Below are positions 11,374 through 22,882 of a stretch of 39,018 nt of DNA, one piece after another. Origin of the DNA: Psammoneis japonica. Its lineage: Eukaryota. The notes under the pieces were generated by a model. It was not told where the DNA came from. It ran no database searches and was given only the letters and a program-made list of their open reading frames with translations. The stretch is from assembly GCA_008632985.1 (NCBI GenBank), contig QPGO01000363.1, positions 1-39,018 of the forward strand, written 5' to 3'. The first letter of the stretch is position 1; each line of letters opens with the position of its first letter. The position numbers were made by a program, and so were the translations under genes.

Positions 11374-12400
11374 TTAAGCTTTGTATTCCTCTTCGTCTGA
11401 AATCTCTAAATTGAGCAAGGCTTGTTCAAACGCTGCATCATCCAGCTCTTCTAGCTTCTTCTTATCCGCCGAGACACTTGCCACTTTCTCGTTTAGAAGA
11501 CTTGTTATGTCCAGAGCTGCAAGCTGTTGCTCAAACAAAACGTCTTGGATATGCTTACAGATCTCCGGTGGTAGTGGCACTGGCGCCCCGCGGAACTGCA
11601 TCATTCGGCACTCGAGGATCATGACAAGACTGGACACACGATTTGCTCTGCAGATCAACCGTCCACAAAATGTTGTTGCTCTTGTGTGCACGGCCTGTCC
11701 GCTCACACCATCGATCACGGCACATTTTGATGGGTGATGGACTTGGGACTGTCAGCATTGTCACTGTCGTTGCATGTGCTCTCATCCAGAGACCAAACCT
11801 GAATGGCGCCCTCGACACCACCACGAGTTCCAAGTTTGTGAAGAACGAAATCATCTGGCAAGGGAAAAGGTGAATTTTCGACTCCAGATGAAGACACAAA
11901 GCTCCTGCTTTTGGCTTTTGATTTGCTGGGATGCGACGAGCCATGTTGAAGCAGCTCGGCTTCAGCATCCTGCTGTTGTAAAATTGGAAAGTCCATCAGA
12001 GCACCAAGAGCAAAACATGAGATGTTTCAGCCTTCACCTCTCACTTTTTGTTTCACACGAATCCAACAATCGCTCCACGCAACTTGCCACATCTTCTTTT
12101 GCCAACCTCTCCAACGCGTCGCCATTGTCAAGATTGGCATTCTTTAATTTCCACTTCATGTCAGGGACGTAAAAGCACGTGTTGTCAAAACCATCAGGAA
12201 ATGGAAATTGGTTGCCAGACCCCACTCTCAGTGAGGCAAATGCTGGCTTTCCAAATTTCAATGAACCAAGCAACCGTGCTGAAAGAGTCATCGCTTTCGT
12301 GCACAGATGCCCAAATCAATGAAGCAAGTCTTTTGCTGAGTTCTTGGAGGTGTGACAAGCAAGTGAAGGAACTCAACATGTTGCACAGTGGACCTGGATT
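11374..12400 (-). pseudogene. PRIMPOL: PrimPol (primase-polymerase) C-terminal half, frameshifted and largely TA-erased
   Basis: KTCFIDLGICARKR..(F)RLLGSLKFGK compares with PrimPol FVDLGVYTRNRNFRL..SSK.GK. The UL52-type zinc finger RWCERTGRAHKSNNILWTVDL..KSCVQSCHDP(E)CRMMQFRGAPVPLP compares with RWCENIGRAHKSNNIM..VDL....YQKCHDP.C. Confidence 0.85.
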
Positions 12401-12595
12401 TGATTGCTGCTGCTCTGCAGGACAGAGCCAGGGTTGGCGCCAACGATGCTCCAGTGTGCAGCCTGCTCAGCAAAAAATTGGTCTTTGACAGCCAGGAGTG
12501 GCCCTTCATCAAGCCACTCAATTGGGCCATGTAGGAGGGGAGTGGATGCCAGGGGCTTTCTTTCCTCTTGTCATGACCCTGAAGAGGCTGGCCAA

Positions 12596-12830
12596 GCTGC
12601 CCCGCAAAAGAACTCCGGAAAACCAAATTTACGCAGAAGGAGTGCGCCAGGGCCCCAGCAGAAATGCCAAATGAGTCCGGAGTGTCCAGAAACTGCGTAG
12701 AATCCATCGTAGAATCAGCGCCAGGGATGTCAAAAAATCACAAAATTCCGGACTTGTTTGGCAGTTCCACTGGGGCCCTGGCACTTCTTCTGCATAAATT
12801 TGGTTTTCCGGAGTTCTTTTGCGGGGTGGC
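12596..12830. repeat. Foldback/MITE-like inverted repeat (~85-bp arms, ~65-bp spacer)
   Basis: 12596-12681 (gctgccccgcaaaagaactccggaaaaccaaatttacgcagaagg...gtccgga) is the reverse complement of 12747-12830, with mostly transition differences and a small indel. Confidence 0.9.
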
Positions 12831-15800
12831 AAGGTGCAGCTGCCACTCAGAAGAGCTGCACACATGCCGAGAATGCTGCCATGACATGCGCTGGATGTGC
12901 TCACTTTGCTCTTGACTGACAAGTCCTCCACCACCTCCTGAAAGCAAAAGACAAACTCCATGATCTTGGAGAGCCAGCGCAGCTGGCTGAGACCAAGCAA
13001 GTTGCAGACTTCCTCAAATGAACATCTGACCCACAACATCAAGTCATCAGGAAGCAGCTGGCCAAAGGGATGCATTTGCTCTTGGTTGGCTTTTCATGTG
13101 CAGCTGTCTGTGGCCCTTGTGCTGCAGGGAACTCAACTGTGAACTCTCCAGTCATGGATCTGACTTTTTCTGTGGGCTGGTTGCAATCCCCAGCATTGTT
13201 CTCTGCCTGGTTCAACAACAACAAAATGAAACTGCAACACTTGCTTTCAATGCATGTGAGAAGCACAGCAGCATGTTTCCTTCATTGTCATGAGACCTGC
13301 TGCCCCTCTGCTTTTCTCACTGCAGTCATTCTGGACAATGTGGCCATTGGTTGACACTGCCTGGAAAGTTTGATGGTTCCCTTTCCCATGCCTTTGTGTT
13401 GTCCTTGAATTTCCCAATGCAAAAATCCTCCACAACCTTGCTTTTGACAGACCAACACACGAGGGGAAAGGATCAGCAAAATTGCTCCACAGTGGACAAG
13501 AGGCAGGTTCAACATTTCCACATTGGCATGAAAGGCATGAAATGCTGAGATTGAGAACAAAAACCAAAGAAAATCAAGACACAAAAGGGGGCACAGAGAA
13601 GCCAATTTGAATGTGGACATTGCCGCCTGTGCAGCAAGAGGACAAAACCAGCCTTGTGCAATGTCTCCTTTGCAACTCTTGGTTGACAGTCAAAGGGAAA
13701 AAAACACAAGCCATCCAGAGTCCAGAAAAACATCATTTTTGGAACTCCACAAGTCCATGCCTGTTCTCAAATCTCCAGCACCTGGGGATTGCTTGACAAG
13801 CTGATGCTTGTCATGACTGCCGCCAATGCAAGTCACATGACTCTGGATCAAACAAAGAGCTGTGTCATCCTGGATGACCCTTTTCTCCGCTGCAATGTGC
13901 GGAAGAACACAGCAGACATGCTCTGTGGCCACCTGGGCAATTGACAATTTCAGCCATCATGGTTCTGAGTGATGCTTTTGCCCACTGCCACAATTCCTTC
14001 AGTTTTGCACACAACACATCAAGCCCACTTCATGCAACTGAGATTGACACATTTGAGTGCTGTCTGAAACAAAGCTGCTTCAAGTGTTGATGAAAACTGA
14101 AAACCCAAATGAGCTGAAATGAGCCATTGTCCAGCAGCTTTGGATGGAGCAATGTCTTGCAACTTGCAACTTGAGTTGCTCTCTGATCTTCTGTCATGAA
14201 TCTGTGGCACAGGTTGCTTCTGTCCACATCTCTTCCTCATCTTGTTGCTTCAGTCTTGAAATGCGGGCATGGCAGTTGTCACCAATTGCTGGACAACGAC
14301 AATTTTGTTCCACGTTCTGGACTCAGCAGGAGCAACACCTGTGCAGCTGTCTTTTCTTCTGGTGGTTTGGCACTGTGTGTTGCAGTTTGGACAGCAAACA
14401 GCAGATTGCAACTCTCACAACCAATGGTGGAGCATTCCTGTGCAACATTTTTCTGGGGGCAAACAGCAAGTTTTTTCTCGATGGCACACTGCAGCATTGG
14501 CACACTTTCTTTCCTTTGTTGAAACATGTGGCATTTTTGGTTGAAACCAGCCCATGACATCTTGTTTTCCACTTGCAAACATGTGGTGGGCCCCCTAAAA
14601 AGAAACCCCACGTCAGTGCTTGACCAACCAGCGTGAACATCTGGGGGCAACTCCACCCACACTGCCACTTTTGACATGTCGCTCTCAACGAGTGCATGAT
14701 GTGCCTTTTTGTGCACTTTGGTCATGGAGGCATTTGCGACCTTTGATTGGGTGGAGACAACAACAGCAAAAAGGCATGAGAAGCACAGCAATGTGAGTGA
14801 AAGCATCCAAAGGAAAAAGTTGAGCGGCACAACCGCTGTGCCACATGTTTCTGATGTGACTTGGAAAGATGCTGTGCAGTTGAGTTGCTCACCCACATGG
14901 CCCCTCCATGCAGACTCTGGCTCGTGGCATGCAGTGGTGCATGCCATGCACCAGTGCTCACGTCATCAGCACAGGCACTCACATGGCCTTGGCACTCAGT
15001 GCAGGCAGCAAGCAGCGGGTGCTCGCACAGCATCAGCAATCAGCAAGCAAGCAAGCACATGGCAGCACCGTTGCTCACATCATCAGCACAGGCACTTGCA
15101 CAGCATGGCGCAGGCACTTGCTTGTTGCGTGTGATGCAATCGCTGGCAGCCAATGGAGTTTTTTCTGTGCAACCATGATGAACGCGCAATGATTCTGACA
15201 GCAACAAGTTGGTTTGTTCTCAACAGTGCATTGTGGAACTGCCATGTGTTCTTTTTTTCATTGAAGCACGCAACCTTTTTGGTTGAAAACAGTGCGAACA
15301 TCTTTTCATCGGCTTGCAAACATGAACCACCCAAACATGAGATCCAGGAAGAAAAAAGGATGCAGGCAGGGAGACCACGACACAAAAGCCTTTTCTGGCT
15401 TTATGAAAAACATCATGAGTTTGTGTCTCAGTTTCCACACAGACATTTGTTTGAGGCTCTTGTGAAGGAACAATCTGCCAGAGATGAGTGCATCACAGAG
15501 AAAGAGATTGCCATCCAAGAAAACAAGCAAAAAAGATCCTCGCATTTCTTCAAGCTGTTGTCTTGAAAACAGTTGGAGATGCCGGAAAGGTGATGCCCAG
15601 CTCCAGTGGACTGTTGCAGTCCAAGTCGAGAAACGGTCCCACTGCAAGTGACAATGCTGTTGATGTCAAAATGAAAGACACCAGTGACATTGACACATCC
15701 TGGGGCACTGGCTCAACAACAATGGAGGTTAGAGGGGGCTGGCAACACATTGAATGGAAGTGCTTCCTGTGCTGTCACCACCTTCAAAACTGAGCCGTTG

Positions 15801-17049
15801 TGCAGTGTTCCCTCTGCATGTCATGATGGCAACAATCAAAAAGGCAGTTTGCATGAAAACAAGACTGAGCACTCAAATGCCATCATTGAGTCAGACGAAG
15901 GGCCATCCAGTGGTGTTTTGGAACTGTCTTTGTACATTCTGTCGATGTGCAGTGCAAAAAAGCAACACTGGTGCATTCCAAAAAAGAGATTTGGCAAAAA
16001 CCAGCTCAAAAATCTGTTGTTGTTCCTCTTGAAATCAACGTGAATTGTTTGTTTGTGCTGTTGCCCACTTCACCCCCAAGTTGCCTGCTGTCTGGCATTT
16101 GCCTTTTGTGTGTTGCGCGACACTGTGATCTTGGGTTGGCTGAACATTGTGGTGCACAACTGACAACCGTGAAGATGCCGAGCACGCATTTTTCACAGAT
16201 CAGCAGTTGATCTCTGCATCTCAACCATGGAGGCTAAAAGGTGAAGCACAAAGAGAAGGAAGGCTTTTCAAGACACGTCTTTGTCATCAAGTGATGAATC
16301 AGAGAGTGGCTCATCTCAGATCACAAAGAGGAAGATGGCCAAGGCCAAGAAAGACAACCCGGCTGATTCCGCATTTAATTTCCAGTTTGCACCTGTGATT
16401 CTTCAATTTTCCAGTCACTGGAAAGAAGAAAGTTTCATTCAATGACAACTTCTTGGAGGGGAAAGTGACAATTGGTCCTGATGATGATTGGACCGCATTG
16501 CACTCAGCCGCAAAGGGTTTGACAATGGAAGAGAAGCTTGAGGCACTGCAAACAAAAGAGAAGAGAGAGCCAATCCCATGTCTCTTGAATTTGAGCTGGT
16601 TGAAGCACTCATTGTGGGGGAAGGTGACATTGTGTGTGGCAGTGACAAGTGTGAAGCAGGTGGGGAAAATTGGGGAAACATTGGTCAGTCGCACAATGTC
16701 AACAGCTCTGGCACGTGCATCATGCTGCGCTCCATCTGTCAAACATTGTGGCAGGCTGTCTGTCAGCCATTGTGCCAGGTGCACCACACTGCATTCTGTC
16801 CATTGACCATTGCAGCAAGTGCAACAAACTCTGTTCTAATCTGCTGGAAACATTGCAAATTTAAGTTAGAGACGGTGCCTCTTGCTTGCCGCCACGGCAA
16901 GCACATGCCTCCATTGCCTCGTGTGCTCTGAGATTGGGCCCTGGTCTTTGCAGCTCGGTTTCCTTCTCAAAAGAGGCCGCTGAAGGGCAATGCTTGCAAC
17001 TGGGGACCTGACAATGACAGCAAGTTGAGCGAGCCATTTTGGGAGTGAT

Positions 17050-17960
17050 GCTGTCAAGAGCGCCAAGGTTGTGCTCAACCCACCTTGTGCTCCCATGTCA
17101 CTTCAAGCATTTTTTGCAGTGACCAGACATGATCATTTCAGTGGGATTCAAGCCAGGGCAGTGTGGGGAAATGAAGACAAAAGTGGCTTTCTTTTCTTCA
17201 ATGATGTCCATGATGCACTGTGAGTGGTGAGTTGATGCATTGTTGAGCACAACAACGGACCTTGGCTCCCAGTGCAAGGAGCCAGTTTCTCTTTGAACCA
17301 AAGCTCAAATTGCTCCTGACAAACTTTTCCAATGAGTGGGTTGCTCTCTTCATCTCTTGCATTGCCCTGAGGAACAATGTCGCAGGCCTCCTTTGTGAAT
17401 CCTTTGATGTCACAAGCTGCAAGCAATGAATGCCAAGCCCATTTGTTGATCTCAAAGGATGTTGATCGAACAGGAGTTGCACCTCGTCAAGACCACCAGC
17501 ACCATCGTCTTGATGAATTTTGATCTTTGTGTGACTCATCCAAGTGTGACAGCATTTCAGGTCAACAAGCTGCAGCCTTCAATGCTTGGAGATGCGACTG
17601 CATTTCTTTCTTGTCCATTTCCATGGCCTTGTTTGTCACAACGTGAAGGGAGCATCACACTTCCTTTCTAAGTTTCTCATGCATCTGGGCTGGGCTCCAT
17701 TTCTTGTGAGCAACCTGGTTCATTTGGATCACTGGCTCATCCAGATGAAGCTGGGCTCTTGACCAACAATGTTCCTCACAGGATGTGGTGCCCCCCTCAG
17801 TCCACAAATGTTGCTTGTGTCCAGTGTGAGATCTGGCCATCCATTTGTCAGTTTCTGCTGGAGTCTCACCACAGAGAAGACAGTGATCAAAACATCATTG
17901 ACATGTCAAAGAATCATGGGTGCTCCTTGGCAGATGGAGATCAGACATGTTCCAGCCACA
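17050..17960 (-). mobile_element. Degenerate IS630/Tc1-mariner (DDE_3) transposase
   Basis: Across frames: ..HLDESHKDQNSSRR.., LLAACDIKGF, QFELWFKEKLAP, EPRSVVVLNNASTHH (cf. VVVLDNASIH), and FISPHCPGLNPTEM (cf. PPYSPDLNPIE). The sequence has stops, frameshifts and Tyr-to-His/Cys changes. Confidence 0.85.
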
Positions 17961-18914
17961 CGCGAACCAAATTGTGCACGAAAACAACACATTCGCACAA
18001 GTTTTGCGTGGTCCCCAACTTGCTGCAATCAAGCTTTCACCACCACCAAAAGCACAGATTTGTCCAAATGTAAAATGTCTCGCAACACTGACAAGACTTG
18101 CATGAGTGTTGCAGCATCATTGTTTTTGTGCAATGTGTGTTTTTCATTGCAACAAAAGAATCCCAACACAATGGATGATTTTTGGCAAAATTGTTGCCGT
18201 CACTTTGATGTTGTCACAAACAATTTTTTCTGCGATGCTTGCTCTCTGGCATGAGCTCCAGTGCAAATCTCTGTGTGCAATGCACTGACGTGCAATCCAC
18301 ATTGAGTCCACTGAGGGAGTTTGTGATGCATGTCCCAGGAGGACCATGAAATCAAGAAATGCTGTTTGTTTGTTCCAAATGCCTCTTTCCCCCAACATTG
18401 CCCGCTGTCTGACAACAGCCTTTTGTGTCTCAAACAACATCGTGCACTTGGTGTTGTTGAAAATGATGGCCCACAAACAACATTCAGTGACCTGCCAAGC
18501 ATGGATTTTCTTCTCTCTGGCAGTCATCGGCCAAGCAAAAGAGCAACCTAAATGGACTGTGTTTTGTTGAACTGGCCAATTCATTGCCACAAAGATCAAC
18601 CCTGCTCTGCACAGGTGTGGTTGCCGAGGTTTTCAGCAGGCAATCATTTCATCAATTCTTGTTGGCCTTGGGTGAAAATGCCGTCCGCGTCTGAGCTGGT
18701 GCTAAAACTCAGTGCTCAAACCCATGTCAGCAAGCGAGTGATCAACAGCTGGAGTGTGCTGGCTGCAGCGCAACTTCAGAGTGCAGCCACAGGGCTGCAA
18801 CCATGTGGTGACTGCATGGAGACCTTTGTAGAATGGCAAACAACCATGATGACATTGCACTGCACTTTCTGCCCAAAGCCAGCCAATGACATGAATCCCC
18901 TTGATGATGCCAAT

Positions 18915-20140
18915 CAAGACTCACTTGTGTCTTGACAACATTCTCTCCCACCTGACATCCAATGCCTCCAGGTGCTCAAACAATGGTTCAAAAGGCAAGC
19001 ACCTGATTTGTTTCAAAGCTGTGACCCAACTTCCAGTGGCAGGTTTGGGCACCTCAGCAGCATTCTTGGGTTCTTCCCAGGGCTTCAAAACTGGCAGAGA
19101 ATCTTGAAGAATGTCCATCAAATGCATTGACATGCCAAACACTTTCTTTCTCCAACATTTGGCCTTCCACTCAATTGCAGAGTGGCAGTCAGACAGAATT
19201 GGGTCCAGAAACAACAAAACCTTTTCAAAAACCATGCTCGCCTGAGTCTTTGCTGGTGCAGTCAAGCGTGCCGACAACTTCAAAACTCTCTCCCCCCAAT
19301 GTCCAACACTCGATTCCATCTCAGAGAGATGGTTGGACAAGATTGGGTTCCGAAAAACAGCAAAAAATTGTTGTGTTCCTGCAGAACAGGTGCCTGAGTC
19401 TCTGGGTTTGCATGATGACGTTGTTCAAAATTGCATCTGGAAGTTTCCGCCAAAGCTGAAATGCTTCTGACTTGATGTCTGAGAAAAGCTGCTGTGTGCA
19501 CCCAACAAGAAGGCAAACTGGATCTCCAAAAATGTTGTGAGCGCATCTTGGAACGGGGCTGACTTGGTCTCAACCATGCTTTTGGGAGCAGTGTTGTGAA
19601 AGAGTTGCTGGAGGCTGTCGTTGGAGTCGCCATTGCAGTCCTGAACAAAATGTTCATGGACACAACACTTGTTGGTGTCTTCTGCTGGTGCAATCGTTGG
19701 CATGGCATTGCTCAGGAGGTCTTGGGCATGACTCGGAGACATGTTGCCATCATCAAAATGAGCCCAAAAGCTGGAAATGATGATGGCATTTTTGAAGGGG
19801 ACAGTGCTGGGAGCAGCATCGCTGATGATGGCATGGCAGCAGCTGGAGGCAGTGTCAACATCTGAGCATCTGTCGTCCAAAAACTTGTGTGGTTGCCTTG
19901 GTCAACAAGGTGCTGATGCAGCACTTTGTCGCATGAACAAACAAGGCAGAGAGAGGGTCAATGATTGCACCAGCACTCATGGCGGCAATGATGGCAAGGA
20001 CAAAGTTCATGATTTCTTTCATGATGGACTGTGAGCTGATGAGCAGTTCAGAAATTGTGAGAGCACTCGAGGCGCCGTGGCACAAGACACATGAAATCCA
20101 TGTGGCGCGGGCCATTTCCCCATTGCGCTGAAGTTCAAAG
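18915..20140 (-). pseudogene. Hypermutated copy of the 4747..5955 gene and its flanks
   Basis: Collinear with ~4690-5975 (e.g. LQDSLPVLKPWEEP, MNFVLAIIAAMSAGAII). TA is systematically replaced by TG/CA and many CG by TG/CA, and there are frameshifts. Confidence 0.95.
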
Positions 20141-21049
20141 AAAGGTTGTCACACACACGACACACACACACTCACAAAATTGACAACGTTTTTGGCACAG
20201 TTGGCGTGTGCATCAAGTTCAGCCAATTGTGCTGCTTCAAGTTTCATGCTCCAATTTCCAATCCGCTGCCGCCATGTTGGCTGCACCACTGACAGCAGGG
20301 CTGCTTGCTGTTTGCTGTTTGCTGTCACTCAAATTGCAGAAGAAACCATGTTTGATGTTTTTTGAACCTTTTGGTGGGCTGCAATGACACACTGCTGTGC
20401 TGCCTCAATCCCAGTTTTTTCTGTTGTGGAGGCTGCACTGTTGCTGGTTGAGAAAAGTCATTGCACTTGTGGGGCACTCACTGACACCCACCAATGGTGC
20501 AATTTTCACACTTGTTGCTGGTTTGAGGGCAACAAGTTTGCTTCATGGGCCTCAGTTTGCCACCAGCAACAAATGTCATGATGTCACACAAGCCCAAAAT
20601 GCCATTTCTGGTTCAACCTGCAATGCACACACAAGTGGCAACTTGTGTTTGAATTGAGATGTGGCCGTTGCACCATGGTCACATTGTCCCCCTTTTTTGG
20701 CTGCAAGGCTGCAATGCAACAAGACAACACAGTGCAGCACAGCTGCAGCAATTGCCAGCCACAGCTCAGCACTGTTGCAGGTTGGGGGGAATGACTTGGA
20801 CAGCCATCAATGTTGTGCATGTTTGCAGCAGGTTTTGGGGGGACATGAGTGCATGCTCACATTCAGAGGACAAAGGAGACAGCTGGCTCAGGAGAATGTG
20901 CGCTGAATGTTGCTGGCATGACAGGGGGAGCAACATCATCTGGGATGCCAACAATCTGGGTCTGACTGTCTGCCACAATCTGGGTGTTTCTTGACTTTAA
21001 TGCCAGCGTGTTGTCAACTTGTGAGCCAATTCTCTCCTTAAATGTAACA

Positions 21050-21445
21050 GACGTGTTCCAGCTCTAGGTGGGACCTCGTACTGCTGAACTGTGACATGAT
21101 TATTTTTTATCATCCGTCGTATGTTTCGCACGTACATATCTACGTGTTCTATTATAAAAAACTGTTCCACACTGCCTGTTTTGCGAAGCCAAAGGCTTTC
21201 TGTTATCTGCACTTATGTCAATAAAAATGCGCTGGGTATATTCTTTAATGTCTAAAGAATATACCCGGGCATACTGTAAAGAATGTACTTCAAGTGTGGA
21301 GGAGGAGATACGTTCGCAAAATTGCCTCTTTTTCTGTTGGCGATCATTCATATATCCATTGCTTAATAATTTTACTACGGAGCTCGCACGTAGAATTCTA
21401 CGGGCCCAATGTCACAAAAAGTCCCACCTAGGACTGGAACCCGTC
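21050..21445. mobile_element. Unmutated AT-rich island with terminal inverted repeats and a central hairpin (MITE-like)
   Basis: 21055-21074 (gttccagctctaggtgggac) and 21421-21440 (gtcccacctaggactggaac) match 18/20 as inverted repeats. A perfect 14-bp-arm hairpin lies at 21234-21266, close to the centre. TA content is normal. Confidence 0.55.
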
Positions 21446-21859
21446 AACATGAGAACTGCGCAAGTTTGTGAGCTTCTAAAACCCAAATCGCTTCTCACTT
21501 TTAAGTGCGATCATTCTTTTCACACAATGCTGACCTGCGCCCCAATTGACATTTGCGGTTTCTTGTTCTTTGAACACAAATGTTGCTGCTTGTAATCCAC
21601 CCTCCTTTTCCACCAACTCGTCCCACATTTTGTCTCTTTGCTGTGTCGTTTTCAAATCCAAACCCCCAATTGCCACACGTTCTTGCATCCAAACCGCATT
21701 GCAGAATGTTTTTTTTTATTTTCGCTTGTCTGGATTTTGTTGCTTGTTTCAAATTACGTTTGCACACCAGTTTGGTTGGTGGCCATTGCGGCATTTGCTG
21801 CCGCTCCGTTGCCTGCAGCCACCACCTGCAATGGTGGGTCCTCTCCCATCGGCGCCACC

Positions 21860-22882
21860 CACCCTTCCTCTCTCTCCTTTTTTCCTCTCTTTTGCGTTTC
21901 TTGTTTTCCTCCTGAGACAAGTTTGTCTTTTCTCTCGCCTTCTCTCCTTGAACCATGCACAGAATCCCTGGTTGTTCTCTCTGTCTTTCACCACCCACTG
22001 GCACAGATCATTGCACTTCTTGATCCCCTCCTTGCTCCATCCTTGGTTCCTCTTTGCCGACTCCCCCACCACCTGCGCTGTGCACTTTGCAGGAGCAGCG
22101 TCTTTCACAGTTGGCTTTCTTCTCCTTGCAACATTTTCTTCCTTTTCCAATTTCTCTGCCATGTCCTTCACCTTGTTGCAGTGGTTCAAGTGCACTGGCA
22201 GAGCAAACGCCTCTGACAAAATGGAAAGCCACTTCTGAAGCATGTTGGTTGTGCTTCCACCAAACTGCGCTTGTCCCACCACTGTTGGCACCACAGTTTC
22301 CAAGAACCATGCGTGTGTGTCCTTGTCATTTCTTCCCTTTGTCAAATCTTTGCAACCCACCAGCGATCCCTCTAAAGCAGCAACTGCACAGACAAAAGCA
22401 AAGGAAGTGACACTCATCCCATCAGACAATCGCCTCCAACACAATCAATGGCACGCACACATCTGCTCACCTGTCATTCTCCTCCCAATGTTGTCCTGCA
22501 CATTGCTCCTCTTTCAGTTGAGTTTGGTCCTGAGCACCTCTTTGCATTCTTCCCAGAACGCCTCCGGTGAAGACGCCATGCTCCTCAACTCCTGCAGAAC
22601 CAATTTCATGCAATCTCCTCCTGCGGCGAGTTCATGATCGAAGATTGTGAACTTGTGACATGGCCAAACACTCTCATTGATGACCTTTGTCAACATCAAT
22701 GCCATCAATTTCTTGCCCACCGCCGGTGCACGATCCAACACAAGACATCCCTCTGTGGGAGTCACCACCGAACTTGAATCCCCACCTGCGCATTGGAATC
22801 TGTTCAATTCCCCATGTTCGTTTCTTTGTGCGTGCAACAAGGCCGCCACCGCAGGACTCATGGTGACTTCATGTGACACCAC
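21860..22882 (-). pseudogene. Transposon-associated conserved hypothetical gene (possibly intron-containing), TA-erased
   Basis: VWPCHKF...EAFWEECKEVLRTKLN*KRSNV, then HAWFLETVVPTVVG...LSEAFAL..LN...AKCT....RNQGWSKEGIKKCNDLCQWVVKDR. This matches the 'SDEAFALL..EN..KYT..GWS.EG...FN.L...V..DR' pattern I associate with accessory ORFs of diatom DNA transposons (from memory). Confidence 0.45.

Larger units (their letters stand above)
11575..20995. other. TpA-erased (hypermutated) domain
   Basis: About 22 TA dinucleotides in ~9.4 kb by manual count. None were found between ~12800 and ~14590 or between ~18830 and ~20995. CG is also scarce. Confidence 0.95.

Noticed and set aside
12800..16900. Dense overlapping 60-220 aa ORFs in all six frames, rich in Cys/His/Trp/Gln and lacking Tyr
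   Set aside because: These are a by-product of TA erasure, which removes TAA/TAG stops and Tyr codons. No family motifs were recognised, so they were not called as genes or as metal-binding proteins.
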